A stretch of 64,000 bases of DNA from Candidatus Bathyarchaeia archaeon (GCA_049512075.1 JBEKXL010000009.1:1-64000); one strand, 5' to 3'; counted from the first letter of the stretch, positions 40,103 to 51,700 are shown. Notes: generated by a model from the letters alone, not told the origin. Numbers and translations are program-made.

Positions 40103-41799
40103 GTTGAACGACCTCCTGTTGATGGCTCCGGTCCGTTTCCAGGCCTCTGCAGCTTCTTCCCGAGCTCCAGGCCACAGCGGTCGCATAGGAACCCCCATGA
40201 ATTGTCGAATTTGTTGATTTGCCAGTCCATGCGTCCTTGAAAGCCGCATACGATACATTTGTCCTCAAACAGTCCGGTGAGGGGCTTCAGTGATAGAGTT
40301 TCTTTAGCTAATCCTTCCAGATTAACGCCACTTACGTCACTTACGCCACTTTTCACAGTGTTTTGACTCTCTCCAGTATCTGGCATAGAAAGCTTTTCGC
40401 CACTAACGCCACTGGAAACCTCTTCCTTCTGTACCTCTTTTTCCGTAAGTAGGGGCGTTAGTTGCGTTTGTGGCGTTTGTGGCGTTGTTTTAGGAGTCAA
40501 GTATCTGTTTTTGAGTCTTTCTATAAGGTCAACGTTCCAGTAGAAGCCTCTGAGCCCACCGGTCAACTTGCATTTTTCAAACCCAAGAGCTGAGACTCGA
40601 CGACCTATGAATCTGGCTGTAACCTGCTCTTTTTCTGGCAATCCCACATTAAACCTTTCAGTCACGGTTCTGACGCTGAGTTTTCCGCTGTCAACCTGGT
40701 CCGCGCTGTTGAGAATGGCCTCAAACACTTGCGCTTCTATGCTCACTTGTTCCTCATCGAACCTGGTTTGAGTGATGCTCTTCATACATTGAATCAGCCA
40801 ATCCCGGATCTCTTGAGTAGGAGCTACCTCGAGGAGAGAGACGAAAAGCTCTACAACCCGGCTGTTGGTGAACTGGCCATTCAACGTTTGAACGTCAAAC
40901 TCAGATTTTACGCCCAAGTTTCTGAACCGGTAGAACAGCAGTTTGTTTCTGAGGTCCTGAGCCCTTTTCTCATCAATGAACAAGGGCATATGCTTCACGT
41001 TTCTGCTCATACTGGTTAAGATGTTGCGGCTCTGAAGAGTAGCAGCCAGCTCCTCTGTTCCAGCAAGGATTTTGGCTCCAAACGTGTCAAACATGGCTAT
41101 TTGAGGCACTTCTCCCTCGAGTTTTTCAATGCGAATAGCATATTGGCCTCGTCGGTATCCAGCGTTCAGAAGTGCCAAGACCTCAATCATGCTTTCCCGA
41201 TTATAGATTTCACTTTCATCAAGCAATAGGGTGCAGCGCCATGCTTCAAGAGTTCTGAAGATTGATGCGGCACTCATACTTGAGGCCATGAGAGCTCTAT
41301 AACAAAGAAAAGCGAAGCACTCTAAGGCTCTCGTTTTACCACTGCTTAACGGTCCGAGAAAGAACAAGTATGGCACAACCTTAAAATCCTCGATTCTCCA
41401 GCTCATCAACACAAACGCTGTGTAGACGTCGTAGAGTAGAGGACTTCTGACGTCAAGATGGTCGACAAAGAAGGCTTTAACCTCATTGTAGAGCTCTTCA
41501 ATTGTTCCATACTCTCCCTGGAACTGTTCAGCCTTGAGTTTTTCGATGAGCTGCTGTTTTGTCAACGGATCCTCTGATTCTACAGTTTTCGGGAGAGAAC
41601 AGAGTCTCCAGGGAATTTTAAGCAAGGGTGCATAGCCTTTTCCATCATAAACAACCAGTCCTTGCGTTGAAATTTTGCGGTCTATTCGGTCATAAAAAAG
41701 AAACTGGAAACCGTCTATTTGCTCGAATATAACGTCGTCACGTGTCAGGCCAGGCGTTGGGATCGGCTTTTCCTTTTCCTCATCATCACCCTTAGTCAT
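40099..41799 (-). CDS. DUF3631-like P-loop ATPase, putative replication helicase/initiator
   Basis: Walker A GPLSSGKT, Walker B LLLDESE, LNAGY, LQSR Arg finger, wHTH, C-terminal zinc finger. Confidence 0.8.
   Translation of the reverse strand: MTKGDDEEKEKPIPTPGLTRDDVIFEQIDGFQFLFYDRIDRKISTQGLVVYDGKGYAPLLKIPWRLCSLPKTVESEDPLTKQQLIEKLKAEQFQGEYGTIEELYNEVKAFFVDHLDVRSPLLYDVYTAFVLMSWRIEDFKVVPYLFFLGPLSSGKTRALECFAFLCYRALMASSMSAASIFRTLEAWRCTLLLDESEIYNRESMIEVLALLNAGYRRGQYAIRIEKLEGEVPQIAMFDTFGAKILAGTEELAATLQSRNILTSMSRNVKHMPLFIDEKRAQDLRNKLLFYRFRNLGVKSEFDVQTLNGQFTNSRVVELFVSLLEVAPTQEIRDWLIQCMKSITQTRFDEEQVSIEAQVFEAILNSADQVDSGKLSVRTVTERFNVGLPEKEQVTARFIGRRVSALGFEKCKLTGGLRGFYWNVDLIERLKNRYLTPKTTPQTPQTQLTPLLTEKEVQKEEVSSGVSGEKLSMPDTGESQNTVKSGVSDVSGVNLEGLAKETLSLKPLTGLFEDKCIVCGFQGRMDWQINKFDNSWGFLCDRCGLELGKKLQRPGNGPEPSTGGRST
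40324..40487. repeat. Iteron block (9-bp AACGCCAC units) inside the ATPase gene; candidate origin
   Basis: Opposed AACGCCAC/GTGGCGTT arrays flanking a purine-biased spacer. Confidence 0.75.
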
Positions 41800-41848
41800 A
41801 GGGACTTGTCACCTCCCGGAAGGTCAGAATGAGTGTGGCTTCTCCAGG

Positions 41849-41949
41849 CAACGCCACAAACGCCACAAACGCAACTAACGCCACTATTCATGGAAAATAA
41901 TGAATAGAAACAACAGTTACCGAGTGGCGTTAGTGACGAAATGCCCTCT
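41849..41949. repeat. Inverted second copy of the iteron block
   Basis: Gapless 101-bp match to the reverse complement of 40387-40487, ~81/101 identical, first 34 bp identical. Confidence 0.9.
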
Positions 41950-41983
41950 CCAGCGCCCGCGCTATAATTTTCCTTGTCAGACA

Positions 41984-42244
41984 TTACGCACGCCTCGCCT
42001 TAGCTTCCTTCTTTCCCTTCAATGGGCAAACATAACCGTCTTGTTGGGGCTCGAAGTTCAGCTCTTCTTTCTCAGCCTTTTCTAAAACTCGCAACCGCTG
42101 TTCGCCATGATGCGTTCCGTGACACCGACAGCGACACCGCTTCTTATCGGATTTTGCGCGATAGCAACGAGCGCAACAGAATCCTTTCCAAAGCCTCTCT
42201 TGAATTGGCAGTTGTTTGTTTTCCAAGGTTGCTTGAACTTGCAT
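41984..42244 (-). CDS. Small Cys/His-rich protein
   Basis: CCARC...CRCRCHGTHHG. Confidence 0.7.
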   Translation of the reverse strand: MQVQATLENKQLPIQERLWKGFCCARCYRAKSDKKRCRCRCHGTHHGEQRLRVLEKAEKEELNFEPQQDGYVCPLKGKKEAKARRA

Positions 42245-42246
42245 GG

Positions 42247-42594
42247 TTAAGCCTTCTTTCGCTGTCGATAGATTTTACCCGAACCGTAAAGCCAATAGGT
42301 AAACTCATATTCTGGCCCATAGTACCGAGCGTTTATTGTTGCATTGCTCTGCTGCAGGATGTTGCGAGCAGTGTTGAATTTTTCGGGAATGTTGTTTTTT
42401 TCATAGGCAACCTGGTATGAGCCAATTTTAGCCCCCTCTTGATCCTCAAATTTCAAAGTCGTCAACGTTTCTTCCTTCACAGCTAATGTCTGCCTTGCCT
42501 CTTTTGGACCCAGCTTTTCTAATCGCTCCTGACAAGCATCTGCAATCATCGTGGCGCCATCCCGGACCTTGACGAGAAAATCGATTTCACTCAT
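42247..42594 (-). CDS. Hypothetical protein
   Basis: Operon-packed ORF, start overlaps the upstream gene. Confidence 0.75.
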   Translation of the reverse strand: MSEIDFLVKVRDGATMIADACQERLEKLGPKEARQTLAVKEETLTTLKFEDQEGAKIGSYQVAYEKNNIPEKFNTARNILQQSNATINARYYGPEYEFTYWLYGSGKIYRQRKKA

Positions 42595-42856
42595 GCGTTT
42601 CACTTTCCTGGTTGACTGGTTCAAAACATAGAAACAATCCTGCAAAGCTGTCATACCGCCACACCGCGGCCAGCTTCTTCAATGCTTCAGCAAATGTTAA
42701 TCCTTGGCGTCGGGCTTCTCTCTCCACAACCTCTCTCGGAATGCTTGTTTCAACTGTTCGCCCATCCTTGCCAGTCACTCGCAGCTTGTAGCGTTTGATG
42801 ATCAGATTTAGATCCTTGGGGTCGAACAATACTTTTTCTTCTTTTGGGGTAATCAT
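42587..42856 (-). CDS. AbrB-like regulator
   Basis: YKLRVTGKDGRTVETSIPREVV. Confidence 0.7.
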   Translation of the reverse strand: MITPKEEKVLFDPKDLNLIIKRYKLRVTGKDGRTVETSIPREVVEREARRQGLTFAEALKKLAAVWRYDSFAGLFLCFEPVNQESETHE

Positions 42857-43034
42857 TTATCCCACATAGAACAAATATCAACCTTGTACCGGCAATTTGC
42901 CTTGAAAACAGAATTTGAAGAGGCTATTGAAACAATTTTTCATGGGAGGAGCCTGTTTTTCAACATGCCCACCCGAGAGTATATGAGAAACTCGTTTCGC
43001 ATGGAAAAACAGATATACTAACGATACGGTATAT

Positions 43035-43823
43035 TTGAGCAGGCGGTCGAATTTGAAAGCGGAGAAGATACAGGCGGCCAAAAAGAGGATTCTTGCTCTT
43101 CTTGGGGAGCTTCCGTATTGGAAAGCAACAACGCTTGAACAGTTCCTTGTACGGAAACAACACGTGATGAGCAGAGGAGTCTACGTCAAAGCGATTCTGG
43201 ATCTGTTGCAATCAGAGGATTTGGTGCAACCTCGTGCTGGTGTCATCTGCCGTTGCGCAGAAAGACGCTGCCTCATAGCGCCTGCGCGTTCTGAGGAGCT
43301 TTGTGAGGAGAGAAGGGTCGACCTGCTCCTAAATGGAGAACCCATATCATCGCCCGTTGTGACGAAGACTTGCCGGCACCATTGGGAACTGATTCTGAAT
43401 GACGGAATGTTTGCGCTAACCTGTTCAGAATGTGAGGGCTCGGTTAGGGCTTGGTGTTCGATGCCAACTTGCCTTTCTGACGTCTTGACAGCTGTGGCTC
43501 AGCTTCCGGAGGGAAGCGTCAACGAGGAAACAATCAAACAAGCCGCTCAATCAGTCCATCCTCACGACAAAGCCTCTGCCTGGGACACGTTCGCAACTAT
43601 TAAAACGGTTCTCGCCATGAAAAGCGGGCAGCCGAACGAAGCCTTATGGATAAAGTCGAAAATCCTGTCTAAGTTCCTGGAGATATACAAAAACGAAAGC
43701 GGATCCAAAGTGGCTCCGCCCACTACGACCAACTCCTTGGCTATGCTTTCGCGGTCAACTCAGCGCCGTTTTGGCTTTGCGGTACGTGCCCTGCAGGACC
43801 TTCCAGTGTGGTTTCAACCTTGA
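43035..43823 (+). CDS. Hypothetical Cys-rich protein with possible N-terminal wHTH
   Basis: 262 aa, divergent from the AbrB gene. Confidence 0.65.
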   Translation: MSRRSNLKAEKIQAAKKRILALLGELPYWKATTLEQFLVRKQHVMSRGVYVKAILDLLQSEDLVQPRAGVICRCAERRCLIAPARSEELCEERRVDLLLNGEPISSPVVTKTCRHHWELILNDGMFALTCSECEGSVRAWCSMPTCLSDVLTAVAQLPEGSVNEETIKQAAQSVHPHDKASAWDTFATIKTVLAMKSGQPNEALWIKSKILSKFLEIYKNESGSKVAPPTTTNSLAMLSRSTQRRFGFAVRALQDLPVWFQP

Positions 43824-44040
43824 AGGCTCTCGACGTCTTCTCCGATCTCTTCAGCGTTATCATTATGGGCTGCCCAAAACTCAGACTTCCAATCTCAACA
43901 GGTTTGCCGCCCTCGAGTTTCCTGATTTCATCTTCTTCCAACAACACGCGAATTTCATAGACTCCTGGGATTTTTCTCGCCACTTCTTCATTCCCACACA
44001 AGAAATATCGCACTGTAAATATTTCTGAAAAATACTCCAT
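43741..44040 (-). CDS. Hypothetical protein
   Basis: Protein-like composition, but overlaps the convergent ORF. Confidence 0.4.
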   Translation of the reverse strand: MEYFSEIFTVRYFLCGNEEVARKIPGVYEIRVLLEEDEIRKLEGGKPVEIGSLSFGQPIMITLKRSEKTSRAFKVETTLEGPAGHVPQSQNGAELTAKA

Positions 44041-45821
44041 AGCCTCTATGGATGAAATCAATTTCCGAGAAATAATCTACAGCCTCGTTTGGGGCTTTTG
44101 TAGCGAAAAAAACCTCTTTTTTATTTGATCTGCAGCTTGAAGTGTTAGGAATCGTAGAAGCTTGTTCCAAACGTGCGTTTGTTGAAAAATCCCTCAGTTT
44201 GATGTAGTTGTCTCATCTGCCTCGCCTTGTGCACGCGCGTGTTCTTCAGGCTCCGTCATGCATGTTTTTCGCGTCTTGATTTAGAAAAAGTTTAACTTCT
44301 AATTAATTTGGAGCCTAGAATGTTGCTGAAACATGACTCTGCATGCCTCTCACGTATTTCTACCAGTACACTGATTATTCCAAATTTATTCAGTGCCCTC
44401 TATTTGGGCTTGTGTGGACCGTTTTTCGTTCTTTTCTGAAGCTGCGCGTCTGCAGAACACTGATTTCAGGGAAGATTTTCCACCTTCGGACATTGTTAAC
44501 CATGCTAACATTGCTAAGTCCGTCAAGGAGTCCCTGCCTCAAACCCTAAGACAGACCACTTTGCGTCCTAAATCCTGAGCTCAATTTAATCTGAAAAATA
44601 AAAGCCTCGTTCAAGTGCCCCAGAATGCCTCTTCCAGTCGAGAAAACACATTGCGAAGGCGTTCAAAGACTGCAAAATAAGCCTATACACAAGTCTGACC
44701 ATGTGGTTGATTTTCCTCGAAAAATGTTGGAGATGCACAAGCTTGCAGCTGAGCCCATAGACATCGTAGTGACAAGCATTCTAACCCCTCAGGAATATTC
44801 GGGATTTTATTCTTCCATCCTTTTCCAGCGATTAGAAGACATTTTGATTTTTCCAATTTTATTCCCGCCATTAATTTGAGGGGCACGCGCCCTCGTTTAG
44901 ACCGTTTTTCTTCAATTCAAGTATGTGTAGTCAGTCAGCGCTCCCTTCAATCTCGGAATTTCCCTATAGAAACCTCGCTCTTCAATCAGGGTCCCTTTGG
45001 AGAGCACGACTTTTCCGCTCTCTTCAAACAGAGTTTCCCGTTGAAGGGCACGAAAAACGGCTCCTTTGAATCAGGAAAATCCCCGTTTTATTTTTGTTGA
45101 AAAATCAAACAGTCCTTTCCCCAGCTCCAGACGTCACTTGAGAACTATAATACTTCTTTAGGTCGATAGACAACAATCTTTCCGAATGGGGATCCTTTGT
45201 CGCGACCCTACCGTGCAGTCAAACTTGTCTTTGAAGTTGTCAACAATAGGCGAAACAGTCGCTTGGTATGTCATTTGGCGCTCCCTTGGATCCAAAAAAG
45301 AAACTGCTGCGTCCTATAGTTTCGCATTGCCTTGGGACAACTTCGAGGAAGAAGCGCGCGCGGTACGTCCAAACATTTTCGAGAGGAAAATCAAATCCAG
45401 TTCCAAGTCGTGCATGTGTGCAGGTGAGCTGCGGAAGCAGTCGATAGACCTCCAGATCCAATGGACGAAGAGTAGAAGACTCAAATAATAGAGAGTCACG
45501 CGTACGCTAAAGCCGAAGACCCGAAGGGGCAGGGTCCAAAGAGAATTGAAATGAATCGAAGGTTCAGAGACACGAGAGAGCATGGAAACAGCGCACGCAT
45601 ATGGACTGAGAAAGACCCTCAGGCGATGGACTGAAAGCATGGCTAGCCTTAGAATCGTGGCTAACGTGGCTTGCTTGAGCTCTGAAGAAAGAAGTTCTAG
45701 GATTCTGCAACGTGCCTTTGGGAAGAATGGATTCAATGTTCTGTTATTGCAGCACGATATTTATTTAGTGTGGAAGGAGCTTGTATGGTCGTTTTTTCCA
45801 GGTTCTGGGGGACGATGAATT

Positions 45822-46073
45822 TTGCATAAGGCCGGGTTCACAGAGCGCGAAATGAAGCTGCTAGAGACGTTTGAAGAGCTCATCGAAAGTGGTATGCGAG
45901 AGAACTTCATCAACGCGGCTGCCGTCGAGCTGAAGCTGAGTCCTGTGACCATAAGGACCCGGCTTTCCAGGATGAGGAGTAAATACAACCAATGCAAGGA
46001 GTTTATGGCCGAGTACCGGGGGTGGCAACAGCGACTCTATCAGAAAACAGGCGGCAGATTCCATAATCTCTAA
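45822..46073 (+). CDS. Small HTH protein
   Basis: AAAVELKLSPVTIRTRLSRMR HTH; start uncertain. Confidence 0.7.
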   Translation: MHKAGFTEREMKLLETFEELIESGMRENFINAAAVELKLSPVTIRTRLSRMRSKYNQCKEFMAEYRGWQQRLYQKTGGRFHNL

Positions 46074-46531
46074 TGCTCATGAAGGCCAACAGCACAATGA
46101 CTCTGCATGATTTAGCTATCCAATGGGTAGCGGAAAGGACTCGCGGCATCATAACTCATAGACGCGTTGGCGAAAGGAGAGTAGTTGCAAAGAGTGACTG
46201 CGCCAGTGATGACTATCCATTGACATGGAATTTCGCGCCTCCGTTACTTGCTTCTTTTGAAATTGGACACCTTGAGCCTGATGTGATTCAGACCAACCGA
46301 CAAGGACAGGGTCGGACCTTGCATGAAGTCGAAGTCTTGGGATTACGCGAACAGAAAATTCATCAATATGGCTCTGCTAAAAAGGACAAGGTTCTTTGGA
46401 TCGTTTTGCCCAGAGGCACATCTGATGTCTTCAACATTCATTTTATAGAGCCAACTGATGGAGAAGGTACGTTCAAGGAACTTGGGACAGTGAAGAAAAA
46501 ACAGACTCTTGATGAGTTGATTGAAGAATGA
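46073..46531 (+). CDS. PD-(D/E)XK-like nuclease domain protein
   Basis: LHDLAI...EPDVI...LHEVE pattern; coupled to the HTH gene. Confidence 0.55.
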   Translation: MLMKANSTMTLHDLAIQWVAERTRGIITHRRVGERRVVAKSDCASDDYPLTWNFAPPLLASFEIGHLEPDVIQTNRQGQGRTLHEVEVLGLREQKIHQYGSAKKDKVLWIVLPRGTSDVFNIHFIEPTDGEGTFKELGTVKKKQTLDELIEE

Positions 46532-46689
46532 CTCAACTCCTCTGAGTCTTACTTTCACCCGATTATTATTCGGCAATAATTCCGAACATGAGTCCTCAGG
46601 TCGACGCTACGCATCTGTTCAACGTGAGTCTTCTATTCGCCGGCCGCAATCGCGACAATAATAATGCGAGAGAGAAAACTCACGGCATT

Positions 46690-47001
46690 TCAGAAGCGAA
46701 AAGGGGTCACCTGATTTTTCCGAAATAATTCCAACGACCTTTCCAAGATGAAAAACGAGGCAGGCCGGCGTGTTAACATCTTTCTAGCCCTGCCCACTGA
46801 AACAGTAGGCTCATGCTTCTGCCACGCTTGCGTTGTAGCGTCATGGTACTCTATTGTGTTCTTTGTCAACCTCTGGCCAAAGGCGTCATTAAAGAACGGG
46901 ATCCACGGCCTGCCGGGGCTTCTTGTCTGCTTTTTGATGTCTTGAATTAATTTGGAAAAATAATTAGGCTTCTTCTTCCCCTTTCCTAACAAGGAACTCA
47001 T
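46690..47001 (-). CDS. Hypothetical basic protein
   Basis: 103 aa ORF only. Confidence 0.45.
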   Translation of the reverse strand: MSSLLGKGKKKPNYFSKLIQDIKKQTRSPGRPWIPFFNDAFGQRLTKNTIEYHDATTQAWQKHEPTVSVGRARKMLTRRPASFFILERSLELFRKNQVTPFRF

Positions 47002-48103
47002 GAAAGCAACGCGCGACGGACTTTGTCAGAGGGGAGAGTTCATCAGAGTTCGTCAGGGTTAGCATCTCAAATGGTGTGGTCTCAGACCAGGAGCTGCCCT
47101 GACCCATCATATCATTCTGCGTTTCTGCTTTGCCCGACTGCTGCGAACTCTTCATAAGTCTTTGGCTATGTATCCAGAGCGTTTCCCTCCTTACAGAATT
47201 GCGAAATCATTTTTCAAGAAATATTCCAGGTGGGTTTACTGATAGGTTTTGCCTTGCCTCGGTCCAGAAAACACGCGCATTACCACACTTCAGCTCTCTC
47301 GAGTTGAGTATTGTGCTCGTGGCCTTCGTGGCCGGCAGTGCAGATAGAGATCCTGTATCGAAGGGAGAGGGTTCCCCTATGACTGATTGCCAGGCTAGTT
47401 GCTGGCCTAATCACCGGGACCCGTGTTGAAGAACTGAAGCCGCCTCACTTCCTTGAATGAGTTCTCCTGGCCAGCGCGCGCCTGGTCCATCAGCAGCCCG
47501 GAAGTCCCAACCCCAAGCTGCGCTGCCCTTCTCATATTGTTTCTCGCCCAGTTTCTTGCCCTTCCAGAGGGTGTTGCATGTTGTGGATTTTTCACCGGAA
47601 AATATTTTGGGTTCAGACGCCCTGTCAGCGCCAGGAAAAACTTTGGGCTCGCACTCTTTGACCGCTTGAAACCCCCGTGAATTTTCTAGTTGCCCAATGT
47701 ATAAACTATGGAAAACTTGGTCAATATCCGGGTGTATCAACTGCGCTTTTTACGTTAAAAGCGCATTTCCATGGTCTTATTTCTAAAAGCGGTTTTCATG
47801 GTGGCGGTTTCTCTGCCCTGCTGTTTAATTAAAGATCTATCTATCGATGTGTTCAAACGCGAAAAATGCCTGCGGTAATGGTGGGTCGTTCTAAAGGAAA
47901 ATCGTTAAGAAGGAAGGGCGTGTTTATGCTACGTCGCACGCGCCACGTCATAGGGACCAAGGAGTATCAGCGTTCTACTTGTTTGTTTCTTTATTGTTTC
48001 TTTTCCTCTCCCTTGCCCTTGAAGAGCGCCCAAACATATTACGGGAAAGGGAGTAGGCAGCCTATGAACGTCAGATTCCCCGTCTTGGTGCCCCTAAACG
48101 TGC

Positions 48104-48460
48104 TTAGGCATGGAGCCCGTGGATTTTGTTTTTCAGCAGCTTGATCTGGGCATCTTCCTTTTGTATTTCCGCGTCGATCTGGGGACTCTGTTTTCCTTTC
48201 GCCTGCAGCTCAGTTTGCTGTTCCTTTAGTGCCGCTAAACGGTCTTCCGCGGAATGGAACTTGGCTATCAAATCCTCCAGGACCTGCGAGCTGTCCCTCA
48301 CACGGCCGACGACGCCCACACTTTTGAAATCATGCGCATTCTCGACAACCTTCTTCCGATTCAGTTGAGCAGCAGACTTTGTGATAGGCTTCGTCGTCCC
48401 ATCTCTATCTCTGTAGAAGCCCACAACCTGGCCGCTCTTCGCCTTATGACTATTGCTCAT
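48104..48460 (-). CDS. Basic N-terminus plus coiled-coil protein
   Basis: GFYRDRDGTTKPIT motif; C-terminal heptads. Confidence 0.75.
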   Translation of the reverse strand: MSNSHKAKSGQVVGFYRDRDGTTKPITKSAAQLNRKKVVENAHDFKSVGVVGRVRDSSQVLEDLIAKFHSAEDRLAALKEQQTELQAKGKQSPQIDAEIQKEDAQIKLLKNKIHGLHA

Positions 48461-48754
48461 GTCAATCACAATAAAGAAATAGCTACGTTACTTCTGCCCT
48501 TGAACGTAGGGCATTTGGCGCTCATCCTTGTCTCTGATACTTCTCAAGCGCGTCGAGAACCTTGATGCGACCGCGCGTGCAAATGATCATTGCAGCCCTA
48601 GCAGCGGCAATCGTCCTTTACCTTCTCTATTTTTCAGCATGAACCTTCTCAACTTCAACCCTGTCAGTGCAGGCACGTCATCGTTGCTGAAACGGCTTCC
48701 TTCTCCGAGGCGGAAGAGGCTAGTATATTTCTTCTATGAAGAGGGAAAACGGGA

Positions 48755-51700
48755 ATGAGGTTTAGACGGGCTTTCGCGAGTTTCTTAATTGCCATCCTAC
48801 TTTCAAGTTTTTTCGTGTTTCTACAGATAACCCCGTTTTCTGTTGTTCAGGCTCAACCTAACTCGTTTCTTTCTGGCTATTCATATTCTCAAAGTTTCGT
48901 GGTCAAACAAACCGCCAACGCTAGCACCAACTGGCCAATCGGCCCGATTATAGCGGACAATGATTCAGGAACCAGCGCAGGTTATCTCATCTATACCAAC
49001 GGCCATACGCAAAATAATTGGGGAGACATACGCTTTGCAGATGCCAGCGCTAACGTGTTTGGCTATTGGGAAGCCAACGATACTGGATGGAACAGCACTT
49101 GCGCCATATTCTACATTAACGTGACGGGCAACGTTTCTGCTGGCGATCAAACGGTGTACGCCTATTATGGAAATACTACCGCTGCCGCCGGTGTAACGGC
49201 TGAGAACATAGCCAACGTAGCGTTCTTCTACGATGAATTTGTCACCAGCGAAAATCTTGCTAACAAGTGGTATTGCGAAGCTGGTTCGTGGAGTTGCGTC
49301 AATGGAGCATTAAATTCAAGCGGCACAGGAACCATACATGTTGTAAGCGGAACTTATGACAATGTTTCTATTCTTACCCGAATATGCGAAGGCAACACGA
49401 TATACGAAGCACCAACATGGTATATGGGAAACGGAACCAGAGGCTTGGCAGGAGTAGACAGCCACATGGAAATGTTTCCTGAAATAAACAAAGTGTCTGC
49501 TTTAAACAGGTACTATCATGGCACATACACTAATCTTGCTCACGGAGCCAATGTTACAAGCAACAATCCGCCCAGCCAAACTGTAGGATGGAATGTGTGG
49601 CAGATTAACGTTTTCAGCGGCAATGCGACTTCTTTCATAAACTTCAACGTGACGGCAGATTGCAGCATTTACGATGCTACAGATCATATTAATTACACTG
49701 GATTCTACACTTCAGGCTCATACTGCGCTGCTGATTGGTATGCAATCCTCAACATTACCCAGGTGCCACCCGTATTGGCGTCGTGGACAAGCGAAGCCCA
49801 ATCTCCGACTGTCGCGTTGAATACGCCTGTTACCAATGCTGGCTCATATCCCACCGTAAACTTCACCTACATCCCCAGCCTCTACGCTCAACCGGCATAC
49901 AACAGCACACTCTACATCTACAACAGCACCACCCAAGCCATATTTGCGCAGGTTGCCAATTCAACCCCGATAACAGACGCCGTGGCAAACGGCATTTCTT
50001 ACACGTTCACCGTTAATGGAACGTACCTGTGGAACGTCGCTGTGAATATCAGTTACGACGTTTTCTATGCATCATCCAACTTCACCATAAACGCCTTCGT
50101 CAACGGACAGAATCAATATCCGAACAACTACAACACTAAAATAGACCTTGCTTCAGACGTGGGTACTCATAGTAACTTTACGGCTCAACAGTCCGCGCCT
50201 GACGGTATCTACGACAATTTAACGTCATCGCAGAATTTTGGAGGCAGCAACAGCATCGCATATTGTAACGCCGCGTCTGGCACAGGCTGGAACAGTGCTG
50301 GATATTCTTACGACAATAACACTGGCACCGCCGCTTCTTACGCTGGTTCTACAAGCACATGGACAAACGTTTTCCTCATGAATTTTTCTGTACCCGTTGC
50401 AGGAAACACCATCCAATACAATATCGGAAATGTGAGTCTATATACGACAATGAATGTTAGCCTTGCCAACGCGACAGGTTCATGGACGCCTGTTTACAGC
50501 AACATCCCGACCTACGACAACGCTTGGCACAACATCACTTTCGCTCAGTCAAACTTCACAGCCATGAACTTTACTTTTTATTCTGGCGGCATTCAACAGC
50601 TTTTCATATATGAAATGCTGGCGTATGGCGATGCTTACTACAACGCTCAACTTCAAGAACAATTCATGTTCACCAACTACACGGCACCCATTCGTGAATT
50701 AGATGTTTATATGGGAAGCTTCAGCAACGCTTACGCCAATGACACTTTAGGAGTTCGCGCCTATCTGAACGCTTCTTCAGATGGTTCTCCTTTGCAATGG
50801 GTAACCATCATTTCCGTTTTGCAAGCTAATGCTTGGAATAACATTAGTATTCTTAATGGTTCTTCGGGCATCTTCTTCTATGGAACACCGTCAACTACAC
50901 TACAAAACTTCACGATAGAATTTTATTGCTATAATTCTGGAACGATTTGCAGTTCATGGAATGTAGATTCTGTTGTTCTTGTAACTGCAAGCTGGCCAAC
51001 AACTCCTATCGCCGCAAGTCACTCTCTCGGATTCAGCGAAGGCATCGGAAACGGCTTCTATTACAACGGCACGCACTCCGTGGTCTACTTCGTATACCAG
51101 AACAGTTCAGATATTTCAGGCGGCCCAACAACTTGGATGTACTGGATAAGTTGTTATGACATTAACGCTTCCACATGGTACAGTGTTAACACAGGTATAG
51201 GCTCGCCTCAGGATGGGCACTATGCTCCGACAATATCCGCTTTGCCGAATGGGTCTTTGATAATAATGTATGCTTATGCGAGTGACCTGCAATACTGGAC
51301 TTCGGTTAATGAAGCCAACTCTACAGTTAGCACATTAACCTTGATTTCCAACTGGAACCCAGAAAACGGCGCTAACGGCGGCGTAGGCTTCAACACGCTC
51401 AGCTACATTCAACCCATTTGGTTTTCTGACAGGCTTGTAGTGACGATGAGGTATGGTGGTGCCAGCGGTGGCTACCAAGTTGAAACAACCTTAACGACTG
51501 GCAACTTTGGCTCATGGACTCAAATCACGAACTGGACTTCAAACATCGAACTTTATACGAGCATTTATTGGGCAGCTAACGTCCAACGATCCACAGGAAT
51601 CATCGCGATGGCTGCCAGAGGCTACAACGAAACCACAATGGGAAACAATGCCAGTGGCAACACCAACTGCTTTTTCTGTTACTCCGACGACAAGGGTGTT

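Noticed and set aside
44021-44086. 26-bp imperfect tandem duplication
   Set aside because: Only two copies with 5 mismatches; likely a local duplication
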